DNA of 63,586 nucleotides, filler included, from Asterionella formosa (taxonomy: Eukaryota): assembly GCA_002256025.1 (NCBI GenBank). It is 5 parts of 5 records of this genome, joined end to end, with 100 filler letters (N's around TTAATTAATTAA, not from the genome) between each part and the next. Parts side by side here need not be neighbours in the genome. Positions count along the whole stretch, not along the records: positions 1 to 28,882 come from NKIB01001120.1; 4 more parts are not named here. The stretch is one strand, 5' to 3'. This document shows positions 13,359-25,023 of this stretch, piece by piece. How positions within the stretch are numbered: position 1 is the stretch's first letter; every line of letters begins with the position of its first letter. The notes under the pieces were generated by a model. It searched no databases. It saw only the letters and a list, made by a program, of their open reading frames with translations, and was not told the origin of the DNA. The position numbers were made by a program, and so were the translations under genes.

Positions 13359-14825
13359 CTACTGCACATCAGCAACAAGCTTCTTGACACTGAAAACTGT
13401 CCCAACCGAACCCACAAAACCTCCAACAACGAGAATCAGAGCTGCCAAGTTTGAATATCCTCTTAGTTGAAATGAAAACAGGGCAGGGAGAATGAAAGAG
13501 ATTACTGTACCCGTTGCACAGCCGACAAAATCTAAGACATCACCCAATGAGGGAGCAAGGATTGCCAGGAAGGTAGCAATACTCCACAGTATCACGGTTA
13601 AGACAATGTGATAAGGGAGCGCAAGTTGTCGTTGTGATAGCAACCATGGAGGTAGCTCCCTTTCTCCCTCTATTTCCTCTTCTTGATCGTCCAAAACTAA
13701 CAGGGGCTCTTCCATGGCACTCATGCTATCCAGGTCGGCGTGCTCTGTAGTTGTATTGTCACCAATAACTTCTGCATTCTGCAACAGAGTAAACACTGCC
13801 ACGATTGTGAGCTCCCGACAGGCAAAGAAAGGAAGGGGAAAAGTCAAAAGCATGGAAATGCAGAGCAGTAACTTGGCTATGTCAATAATACGCAAAGGAG
13901 GATACATTTCAAATATATCACTTTTTGTCTTTTGCCAAAAGGTCATGTAAACAAGCACACCTACGGCGAGTGATAACGTCGTCGAAATACTGAGAGACCA
14001 TGAAGAAACCTTCTTCCACGTTGAAAGTGATTGCAACTCGGGTCGTAGCGATTCGTAAGCTAGGTTGACAGTGTGCTGTGAAACAAATGAAAACACAAAC
14101 GTTCCAAGCGACTCGAAGATCCCAGATCTCACTTCAAACCACTTCTCGTAAAGTGTTCCTCCATTTTCTCTCACGTCATCATTCGGGTTGGCAACGAAGA
14201 GGTAAAAGACAATTGACACAATCAGACCCGTCGACAATATACTGACAGCCGATAGATTCGACAATGGAGACATATCTCGCAAGAGACAGAGAGGCAAGAT
14301 AATGATACTGCTCAATAGCAGCGTCATGATATCTTCCTTCCCAAGCATTACAGCTAGAAAATGATTCGAGAGGGAGCTCCCAAATATTAGATGCTTTAAC
14401 GCAGATGCAAAGTTGTCCTTGACCACTACAATGTAGGCAACCAAACACCCAAATGCATACAGCATCTTGCTAACAAGCACGGCTACCCATCCCACGTTTC
14501 CATACGCTTGCTTCCCAAGTTCTTCGTAAGTCTTGCCGTCCGAAAGCTCAATCACCAGATCCAGTGAAAATTTGGTGATAATTGCAAAGAAAACAATTAA
14601 AACGATAGAAATCAACCCTCCCGACATGGCGATAGCGCCACCTAATCCAATTGCTCCAGCACCGACAATACAATTGGTAAAGTTAAAAATAGCTCCACCA
14701 AGTGACGATCCTCTTGGTTGCCCCACCATGACTTGATCAAGTAGTTCTTCCAGTTCGGAAATTTGGGATTCTTTCCTGTCATGCCGGACTTCGCTCTCGC
14801 TGCTTGCTTCTTCCTCTGATATCAT
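13359..14825 (-). CDS. Amino-acid transporter, AAAP/SLC38 family (SLC38A11-like)
   Basis: 488-aa intact ORF with SSLGGAIFNFTNCIVGAGAIGL, TYEELGKQAYG, LPLCLLRDMSPLS and FSFVSQH, plus about 11 hydrophobic segments. Confidence 0.92.
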   Translation of the reverse strand: MISEEEASSESEVRHDRKESQISELEELLDQVMVGQPRGSSLGGAIFNFTNCIVGAGAIGLGGAIAMSGGLISIVLIVFFAIITKFSLDLVIELSDGKTYEELGKQAYGNVGWVAVLVSKMLYAFGCLVAYIVVVKDNFASALKHLIFGSSLSNHFLAVMLGKEDIMTLLLSSIIILPLCLLRDMSPLSNLSAVSILSTGLIVSIVFYLFVANPNDDVRENGGTLYEKWFEVRSGIFESLGTFVFSFVSQHTVNLAYESLRPELQSLSTWKKVSSWSLSISTTLSLAVGVLVYMTFWQKTKSDIFEMYPPLRIIDIAKLLLCISMLLTFPLPFFACRELTIVAVFTLLQNAEVIGDNTTTEHADLDSMSAMEEPLLVLDDQEEEIEGERELPPWLLSQRQLALPYHIVLTVILWSIATFLAILAPSLGDVLDFVGCATGTVISFILPALFSFQLRGYSNLAALILVVGGFVGSVGTVFSVKKLVADVQ

Positions 14826-15142
14826 CTACCGCTATTTTCTATATTTCTGCGATTTGCGGTGGAAGAGCGACGATTGCATCAGCTGGATGTGGACTTGGAA
14901 CACTGTACATATGTAATTTTTATTATAGCTACACGTAGATGGTACATGGCTCCAAACATCATGGTCGAATATCTAGTATGTACCAGGTATAAGATCATCC
15001 AAAGGCGTGTTGTGCCTTCCCAAAGTGTAGGAAGCCTAGCAGTCCACCAAGCTAGCCAGGCAGTAGGTAGAGTGCCTGGTAGAAAGTACTGAGATTGCGG
15101 CCAATTCTTGGTTAAGTTACGTGTAGCAGCTAGCTTTACAGT

Positions 15143-15436
15143 TGAAAGAGGGCTTTCACAAGTATGATTTTGCTAAATCGTGTTATTATTTGTTATTTTC
15201 CATTGTTTTTGCAAGAATGATGCTGAATGTAATCAAGCCTACTACAACCTGTTGTTTTTCACTTAGAGTAGCCAGACAAGCCATTAAAGTTTGCTTGTAG
15301 ATTCATCATGAATCTTCCTTTGAAGTGCAAGTACTAGATTCATCAATCTGTAGATGCATTAGTACTTGCAGATTCATGTACTCACCATGGTATTAGTGCT
15401 ATGTAGTATGGATTCACTTAGTACACAGCACAATCA
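15143..15436 (-). repeat. Putative 3' LTR of the adjacent Copia remnant
   Basis: On the minus strand a polypurine tract (GA)n at 15437-15456 is directly followed by TGATTG.... A candidate end ...CTCTTTCA lies at 15143. The far boundary is inferred. Confidence 0.5.
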
Positions 15437-15595
15437 ACTCTCTCTCTCTCTCTCTCATTCGATGCAGTAAACAAGTATAATTTAAAACGCATGGGCATTT
15501 AGATCACCTTAATTTCCACCTGAACACAAGTGATGATCAATGAATCATCATCATTTAAAGCTAAACAGAAAGTGGTTGGGTTCTCCTGCTTGCTG

Positions 15596-17240
15596 CTACC
15601 GTCCTTGAACCAACTTATGATTGCTGTCAAAGAACTCACGAGGCTGACCTTTTGTCATATAATCTGCACACTGTAACTTGGTGTCTTCCTTAACACTGTC
15701 ACATCACCATTGTTGATGTGAGACCAAAAGAAATTTAATTTCACGAGAAAATACTTTGTGCGAGCTGTGATCTTCTGGTTGTTTGCAAGTAGCAAGGCGC
15801 CGTTATTATTTTCGAAGACTCAAGCATAAATGCTGGATTGGAGTTGAGGGGGGAGCTCCAAAGCGGTAGCCAGTTCAATCAAGAGAGTGCGAATTGGCAA
15901 CAATGTACTCATGCTGTGGCTGAGTGCAGAGTACTCAGCCTCAAGAGTCGGCAAGGAAATTTCATTTTGAAGCGGAGCAAGATCTCCAGATCAAAGGACA
16001 GTTACCAAGCATGATGATGTAGCCTGGTGTCCTTGACCGCACACTCTTCGGATCTCCAACAGGTTCACATCCATATAAACCAGCAAGCAAATTCAGCATC
16101 CACACAGCAATCAAGCAGCAATGTTCCAGTTGGACCAACAATTTTAGCTACCGCCCTTTGTCAGATTTGCGATGGAGATAACGGACAATGGTCTTGATTG
16201 CTCTAGCAATGGCTTTGCCTTGGTGTGTGCTGATTGAATCAGGCAACTTGGCTGACTGAAAATGAAATATCAGGATGTGTTGGTAGCAAGATAAAGAAGC
16301 ATTCCAACAATAGATGCGTAGCTCCATGATTCTGACATTCTTCGCTCTCCATCAGGATCACTTCCAAGGAGTGCAAGCTATGTAGCTGACAGGGTCCAAT
16401 TTGGATTGCAGTTGCTCATGCCAGTTGCATCAATGATCTTCTTGATCAATCCATGCTGAGTCAGTGTTATGGTTTTCTCCACTGGGCCCTTCACACACTT
16501 TATATCAAGGAATTCAGAGAAACTTCTTTCATGAGTCAATTCAAATCCTGCCTTAACAAGTCTTTCAATTAGCATATCGAATTCTTTTGCATTGTTTGTG
16601 GCAATTCCCATGTCATCAACACATGCCAAAATCAAAATGGCGTTCTTATAGAGTATGCACTTGTCCACATGACTATGTTTGAAACCATCCTTAGTCAAGA
16701 ATGCAAAGAGGTGATTATATCAAAGCTTGCTTGGGGGCGAATGAAAGGCCATAAAGACTGCGGCAAAGGCGAAGGCAGGTTCGACTTGGGCAAGACAAAT
16801 TGAACCCACTTGGTAGGTGAATCCACACTGGCTCATAAAGTGTTGCTGGGACGAAGGCATTACTGAAGTCAAGAACAACAGAGCATGTATAGTAATCCAA
16901 AGTTAGGGACACGACAAGGAAGAGTCTCACAGTACTCCAAGCAACAATGGGTGCATATGTGTTGAAATCTCCTTCTTGTAGGTCACCTCGGACACAGTAC
17001 CGTGCCTCAAATTTGTGTACTACCCTCTGGTGGTGTTCTTTTTCGACGGAAAACCCAAGTTCCAGGTAGAATCTTTGTTTGTGCATCAGTCACGTCCACT
17101 TCAATCCAAGTGCCTTTTTTCCAAGGATATAATTTCCTTCTCAGCTGCTTCAATCCATTGAGAGTTGTTTTCAAAATCAGCCATGGCTTCATCAAACAAT
17201 AAGGTGTCAGGGTCAGTAGAAGAGGCTTACACTTTCAAAA
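15596..17240 (-). mobile_element. Ty1/Copia (CoDi-type) RT-RNase H pseudogene, 5'-truncated
   Basis: Motifs ILPGTWVFRRKR, KFEARYCVRGDLQ, TYAPIVAWSTVR, DFSNAFV, RSLYGL and CVDD, then RNase H motifs TLEAEYSALS, FENNNGA, RTKYF and CADYMTKG. Many frameshifts. Confidence 0.92.
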
Positions 17241-19809
17241 TTTGGGGGTAATGAGTCTGGCTGACATGTTTCTTGCTTGTTGCTCAAATTATTCTGCACT
17301 AAGTGTGTACAGGATACATAATGGGATATCAATGAGCCAATGCTTGTTATTGGCATCAGAAAAAAGCAAGCCTCCAACTTATTTTATATCCTTTACAATG
17401 ATTTGCATTTCCAGCTCAACAAGAAATACGCACAATCATAGAAACGATGCTGTGATTGAGGAATTGAAATTTTTTAATTCCATAGCATGTAGGTCCTTCC
17501 ACTTTCTTGGACTTAATGAAAGATTGCATGTGAGTTATTTCTCACCTGCCTGTCATCATGATCCAGTACTCCTTTCGATGTTATTGAAGGATCTGTTAAT
17601 TGTTAAGTGTGATTGGAAAGGACGCATTCAGCTCCACATGGCCTGTTTCATGCAAAATATTGTAAGTAATCCGAATTTGCAAAGTTTTTGCAAAGTTAAT
17701 TTTGTTGTATTATTCATGCATGCAATTTCTTATCCATACTCCTGCTTCTGCCACTGCTTTCTCAGCGCTCCAATTTCCTTTGGATGGTTAAGGATTGGTG
17801 AATTGCCATGAAGGCAAAGCTGGGTTTAGAGAACAAACAGATGATGCAAAAACTTTCAAAAATTTGATTTTGTTGTTGGACTCAATAATTAATGTTTCTT
17901 GGTAAAATAGAAAAATTAATTTAAACATTTGTAAATGAATAAAAGGATTATAGATAGTGGTTCGCTATTCATCTTAAACGGATTATGCTGATACTGTGAT
18001 GGAATTCGCAAATGAGTGTTTGGTTCCAACTCGAGGGCTTCATTTTATTGGGTTCATTGGTACACCTGCCTTGTATGGGCATGTCCAAAACAAGGTATAC
18101 CTTCAATCAGAGATGATGATTTGATCGGTTTACCAATGATACAAGGTGGATGCGAAAATAGTAAGAACTAATACAAGGGACTACCTCTTGTATTGGACCA
18201 CATTAAGCCATATTTCGGAGAGCGAAACTACCCATACCTTGTTATTTTGGAGGGTCATTTAAAAAAATTGGGATCAAGGCAAAGAAATTAACTCCATATT
18301 CAATGATGACAAAGGGAATTCAGAGCAAGCCACCAGTTGCAACGCTTCGCCCTTTTCTTAGTCTTCCCCAGATTTAGGTTAGATTATAATCTACAGCTGC
18401 ATGGATATTTGATTATGATATCTTACTTCCCCGTTAGGCTTTATATCCGTCAGCCATTCTATTAATAAAAAATGCGCAAACAGATCGGCCCCAGAGAGAG
18501 CCTGTAGTTTTACCTGAATAACTTCACCAGACATTGTTGCTTGCTTCAAGATTGGGAATGACTTTGACAGGGGTGTGAATACTAAAGTAATAGGACTTTT
18601 ATTTCTTTGTTGGCTCATTATATGTCCATCTCACTCCCAACAAGCAACGTCCTTGAAAAGTTGAGCAAATGCACTCAGGCATCATGTATTCCAGGGGCTT
18701 GGCTGTCTAAAGCCAAGGGTAAGCCTTGAATTACCAGTTCAATTTCCTACCCAAATTTTAAAAAAGTAAATCTGATCAATGAAAACTGATTCCTTGTCAG
18801 TATCACCACCTACCAATGCTCCATTGAGGCAATGCCATCTTACTAAATCTTGGTACACGTCAGCCTTGCAAAAACTGCTGCTTGACGAGAAGGCACTCCA
18901 TGGTACTATCTCAGATTTATAATTTCTACAATGATGATTATTGGCTGCACAGGAGTATTCATGCTATTGTTGGATATTTCCAAATACTCTATCAATTTCC
19001 CACCTTCTTCACCAAGAAATTGCAAGCATGCTATTTGAACCGCCAGCTTTGCAGCCATCCTTGTTGTCATCATTTCGAATATCCATATGCACCTATGGCA
19101 TTTCTGATAAATTCTGGACACAAATGAGTGAATTCTGATAGCGAAAACAGTTGATTCCATAAAATGTAAAACTATTTGGAAAATATACCATCACATTTTG
19201 TTTTAGCAGCAGTATGAGCATGATAATCAAACTTTACAACAGCTATGTTTCCTTGGTCTGGGACATTGGCTGGACTAAGGAACCATTAAGGTCGCCAAAC
19301 CTCTAATGCAGGCTCCCTTTCTGTCCTTTGTACTTCCAAAGGAGAAATCTCCTAATGTGAAAAATTGAATGTTCAAGACCCAATTATTCGCTTTATGGTG
19401 GTACATATCAAATATATATGTTTGTTTTGAGGGGAATAGCTTAGTTGGCTAGTTCAGGAGAGCAGACAATCGTATTTATCCAGGAATCAATACCTGTTAC
19501 AAAGTCTAGACTTTAAATATTGAATGCGAACATCATTTTTGGAATTAAGTGGTACACTTTGATATAAGCAAATAGGGTTAGTAGACTCTCAAAATGCTAT
19601 TCTATCTTCCTGGTAGCTAAGCAAAATGATGGGGCAAACTACCTAAGACAGAATCAGTCTTTCCATGTAGTCACCAACTCTAAACATGCTCACAAAAACC
19701 AAGCTCACGCGCTCATTTCAAGCTGAGATCGCTGCACAATTTGATGGAGTGAAGTATTTGATGAATCCTATTTCAAAACTTAATTGCTCGCATCAAGATA
19801 TCCAGAAAG

Positions 19810-21693
19810 TCAGTTCCAAATCAACCCCAGCAAATAGAAAAGGACTCCAATGAAAAGTGGAAAACACGAGATCCATCTCCGGGCTTGGTCGATCCTCACT
19901 GTGAACTCTGTCACTAGGGTTTCTCGGTCGTTTGATCCTTTTGCCTTCCTGATCACAGTATCGCACCACCTGTTGATATAGCATGACACCAAAATAGCCA
20001 AGGCGAACTGTGGAATGACACGATGATAAATAGTCTTGATGACAACTCCGGAAGTACCAACATTGAACCAAATTAGCAAGGCACCGATAACTTGTCGAAT
20101 AAGGATAGGAACGTGAAAAGTCTGCAACACCCAAGTCAATACTGCTAGTATACTCCCTGCCAGCCAAATACAAAGCAGTCGACGCACTACACAAAATGTA
20201 GTCCGTGACAACAGTGTTGTAAGTAATACTAATGCCGGAGGTCCCGGAAAAGTGCTCCACCAGCTGGATTCCTTTGGCATAGTTAATTCCAATTGATCAC
20301 TGCCATCGCATCGCTGAGAAGGAGCAGAAAGTTAGAAAAAGGAAATTCCTGGTGTGATTAGGGCAAGGACACATACCATACAACGGCTTAGATTCTGCAA
20401 TGTCCAGTTTTTCCAGTTGAAGGCTTCTACGGTAAGATATCCCACATCGCATAGGAACATAATTCCTGCAATGATCAGTCCCAAAAAACAAGCATTGCTA
20501 ACACAAGACAAGCACTTATCCCGAGCGGTATGGACCTCCATGACCCATAGACTATTTCCTCGAATGTTAGAACTCATTGCATCTGCCAGATGATATGCTC
20601 CTTGGCTAGAATATTGGTGAAGCAAAATAGTTCGGTACCAGTGACGGTCATCTCGTTCTCGAGCATGATGCTGCTTCAGTTCAGACGAACATCTATCCAT
20701 AGCAAGCTGGGCTCCAATTTCTGGCGACAAACCTAGTTTCGCAAAGATTGACATGGAAGCAGCAACACGAGCGGCATCCTTGGTGGCATCTGCGATGATT
20801 GTGTCAATGAAGGAGTCTTCAATTAGAGACACTGCATTTGCGACCTTGACGTGAAGCAACGATGCTTCGCCAGTACTGGCTTTGATCGAATGTACAGGTA
20901 CTTTTGTAAGGTCACAAGCCTCGACGGTGGTAGAGACCAACATTGTTTCATTGACCAAATGTGGGTAATCTCGGTCAACTACGGGAACTTTTGAATTGGA
21001 CGCTGTTTCGGCTCGATCAGTGGAACTAGAAAAGGTGGCAAAATGATTGACTGCATCGATCGCCCCTGATAACGTATCCATACTGGTGTCTTTCACAAAG
21101 CATCTGGTATTTCTGATTGAAGCACTGTCTTTTTCTCCAACGTCGCATTTTCGCTTAATGTGATCCATATTTTCATTTGATGGTATTCGCTGACGGTCCC
21201 GTGACGGCATTACTTGTAGTGGCTGGTCGAGCAATGAGGTTACTGCTTCCAAGGCGATAATTGCGTCTGATTCGTCCTTGGTAGTTGCACATTCTAAAAT
21301 AACATTGGGGCTTTTGAAAAATCCCAAGAAATAGGTTCGGTCAATGCAGATTTTATGTGTCTTTTCGCCTAGCCAGGTAAATGCAGAGGCAAGGGAAACC
21401 TTGGAGCGGACAAGGAAAGCTGTTGCTAGTACCAAAATTACCGCCACAACAATCTTCCAACACATGACTGAAACGCTGGCTAACTCGTCTCCCAGAACAA
21501 GTCCATTTCTGAATATTGGCTCGTCATGGAAAATGATCTTGTCAACGAGCGGAACGATTATGATGTCATCATCTATCACTAGTTGTGACGCCCCGTATTT
21601 CTCAATAGTTTCTTCAGCTTCAAGATGAAAATGTGCTCGATGGCGATGATATCGATCAGCTACACGAGCACTCGCTTCAGCGAGAAAGGTCAT
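19810..21693 (-). CDS. Uncharacterised ~606-aa multi-pass membrane protein, 2 exons
   Basis: ORF 21693-20377 splices in phase 0 across a GT-AG intron (20376-20314, branch CTAAC) to ORF 20313-19810. There is one N-terminal and several C-terminal hydrophobic helices. Confidence 0.75.
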
Positions 21694-22142
21694 AATGATG
21701 CAACCATCACAGTCCCAACGTGATGAATCAGTTGTCGAACGTTGTCGACGCTATGTGTAAAGTGTTGCTGAAAAAATGATTTTATCTTCAGCCAGCCGTG
21801 CACATTATCAATACGCCATATCATACGCACAAATTCAATTAATATATTTATACCGGAATATTTAAATATAATATGCCGGCATGTATGCATATTAGTTGGT
21901 CTTAATGAAGGTTTTGTAATATATTTATGTAGGTATATACCGGTTTTTTGTACCGGTAATATATGTATTATAGAAGGACATGGTCTACAGGCATAGCCTG
22001 ATGGTCTTAAGCAATGACCAGCACAACTGCAGCGACGACTGCCTCTATTATCCGAGTCGATTCCCCAACGACCTCGCCACACTCATTGCACATACCGGTA
22101 GTCTCGTTCCTCGTCAACCCTAGAAGCAACGCAACGCATCGC

Positions 22143-23370
22143 ATGGCAAGCTACTACGGTCAGCAGTCGGGAGGATATGGAGGTCAACAAGGAGGAAGTA
22201 CTAGTAAAAACGGCACTGGGGGTGGCCAATTCTACGGAATGAATGGAGAGGGCGGTTATGATACCGGGAGTTATGGCCATCCTCAAGGCCCTGGGCAAGG
22301 GTCTCAACAGCAGCAGCAACAGCCCCCGTATCAGCAGCCTAGTAAGGGCTTTCAACTGCCACTGCAGACTCATCTACAGCCTCAACAGCAAACTAGTCAA
22401 CAGTATGGAGGAGGGTATGGCGGTCAGTGGCAACAGCCACAGCAGCCAGCTGCAACCGGAAACCAACATCAGCCCTCCTTTTGGAATCCAGCCACCGCTG
22501 CTACCATGGTTGCCATGGCTGGATCTGGAATGTCCAACGATGCAATGATCGATTTCGCAAGCAACGCTGGAAAGTCGTTTTTGCAATCGGGATCTGCTCG
22601 CATGGTTCCTGGATTGGAATCAAAGATGCATATGCTCCGTAGATATTTTGCCGTAGACAATCATTATGTAAAAATCAAAATGAGAAAGATTCTTTTTCCA
22701 TTTTTCGACAAGCAGTGGACAAGAGTGGTGCGTTTCTGCTCGATGAAAAACACTGCCATTTTGGATGAAAACGTTGTTTAATGTCCAACATAAGAAGCAC
22801 CGAAACTAACATTCCTCCTCTACTTTTCATCAGGCGTTTGATCCCCAAGGACCCGACATGAACGTCACTTATGCACTTCCATCTTGCGACGAAAATGCCC
22901 CTGATTTGTATTTGCCGTGCATGACTCTGATCACTTATGTCTTGCTATGCGCCTTATTGTATGGAACAGCTGGTAAATTCAATCCCGAGGTACTCCCAGA
23001 CGTCTGTACCTGGTGCTTTGGCACTCAGATATTGGAAGTCGTTGCATTGAGAGTCGGATTTTACATGATGAATGCGCCTGTCGCCATTTTGGATCTCTTT
23101 AGTTACACGGGATACAAGTACTTGGGACTTTGTATCAACATGCTGGCAGGTCTAGTCTTGGGGCTGTTTGGATTTGGTCAACGAGCCTACTACATTTTCT
23201 TTTTGTGGACTGCGTCGGCGGCCTCGTATTTTATGCTGAAAACCATGGCCAATAACATTCCCGTTGTGATGAATTATACAGGTCCCAAGCGAGAAGTCAT
23301 GGTTCTTGCATTTGCAGTATCGCAGTTTGTGACTATGTGGTTCGTATCTCAGACCAAGAACTTAACGTAG
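22143..23370 (+). CDS. YIF1: ER-Golgi transport protein YIF1 (Hrf1/Yif1 family), 2 exons
   Basis: Gly/Gln-rich N-terminus, then LRRYFAVDNHYVKIKMRKILFPF. Intron 22728-22833. Then DENAPDLYLPCMTLITYVLL and LDLFSYTGYKY. Confidence 0.93.
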
Positions 23371-24170
23371 TGTAGTGCAACATAAAGCCATTTTAAAAAT
23401 TTCTAAAAAGTAGATTCTTATATATTTTAAGAGTCCCTGTTTCCAACTTCTGCAGTTGCTTAATAGAACAGGCAGCTCCTTGGAATGCCGCAATTGATCT
23501 TTTTTTTGGCCCTCTACTAAGTAGTCGATCGGTAAGCAACATGATATTACTAAGAAAGAGATAGGGGTGCCGGATATAGTAGCTTTTAGTCAAGTTCAAA
23601 TTTAGTGCGAGTACCAGAAATCATGTTCTTGTTAATAGTCCATACGTCCATACTACCAGGTACCCTGGTACCACCAGAGATACGGGGTAGGATGGCTGCA
23701 ACGGGGAGCACCCTAAAATGCTCCCACAGCGGCATAATGTACGATCATAATTTTTAACCTGCCTTGGTGCTAATACCGGTAGTCCTTCGGTATCGCCCTC
23801 AGGTTGTGCACTATGTACGGAGTACCTGGTTACCTGCTACCAGTACCTGGTACCTGGTTTCTGGTACCAGTACTCCTTTACCAGTAAACAAATTCAGGTA
23901 CATACCGGTAGGTTCAATACTGACTACATAGCGGTAATGCATGCGGTACCCTGGTACCGTACCAGGTAGCTGTGATTTTATTGTAGCATCTGGACCAGTT
24001 TGCCCATTCTACGACACTTCTACACAAATATATATTATGCGTACCACTGTTGAGGGAGGATGAAGTCACACAAATCCGGACGACGTCGGACGCCGAGCCC
24101 ACTTACCCTTTACTTCGTTTTTCTTGGAACAGTCTTTCCTCGAGCCAAAAGGCAAGCAAACTATTTCAAG

Positions 24171-24421
24171 GTGTGTTGACCATGGCGCTCAAGAGAAAAT
24201 CTGTTGATAAATTGCGTTATGACGGCAGAGAACGTTAGTAGTGAGGATCTATGTGTAGTAGTAGCGGTAACGCGAATGAAAGATCTCATCCAGCATGAAC
24301 GCTTGTCGGTTTGTCTTTCTTGCGCTGAATTTTTTTATTGAATTGATCAATGGTACCTGGTAGCATCAACCAACCATTCCCACTTTACTCATTTCTCACC
24401 ACGTACTCCTCTTGTTCTCAG
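24171..24421 (+). other. Probable 5'-UTR intron of RPL18
   Basis: Donor CAAG|GTGTGT at 24171, CTCAC branch-like site and a pyrimidine tract ending TTCTCAG at 24421, 29 nt before the ATG. Confidence 0.55.
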
Positions 24422-24450
24422 CTATTTATTTCACGTGTAAATAATTCATC

Positions 24451-25023
24451 ATGGGTATCGATTTGAAAGCGGGAGGTCGCCGTATCGGCCACAAGTCCTC
24501 CATGAAGGTGGTCAAAACCAAGAACCCCTACAACCGCCTTTTGATTAAGCTGTACAAGTTCTTGGCCCGCAGAACAGAATCCAAATTCTGCGCTACTGTG
24601 TTGAAGCGTCTTCACATGTCGAAGAATAACAAGCCTCCTATCGGCCTTCACCGTCTGTCAAAATACATGTCTGCCAAGGATGGCAAGACTGCGGTTATTG
24701 TCGGAAAGGTTACCGATGATGTCCGAATGTTGGAGTGCCCCAAGATGTCAGTGTGTGCGCTTGCCTTCACTGAGAATGCTCGCAAACGTATTTCTGCTTC
24801 TGGTGGAGAGTGCTTGACCTTTGATCAATTGGCACTCCGTGCACCAAAGGGATCTAATACTGTTCTTCTTCGTGGACCTCGGGCTAAGAACCCCCACTTT
24901 GGACACAACGTTACGGTCAACAACCCCCACACTCACACTAATGTCAAACCTTACGTCCGCTCCAAAGGACGCAAGTTCGAGCAGGCTCGTGGTCGTCGTG
25001 GATCCCGTGGATTCAAGGTCTAA
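24451..25023 (+). CDS. RPL18: 60S ribosomal protein L18 (eL18)
   Basis: MGIDL...[58 protein letters not shown]. Confidence 0.98.
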   Translation: MGIDLKAGGRRIGHKSSMKVVKTKNPYNRLLIKLYKFLARRTESKFCATVLKRLHMSKNNKPPIGLHRLSKYMSAKDGKTAVIVGKVTDDVRMLECPKMSVCALAFTENARKRISASGGECLTFDQLALRAPKGSNTVLLRGPRAKNPHFGHNVTVNNPHTHTNVKPYVRSKGRKFEQARGRRGSRGFKV

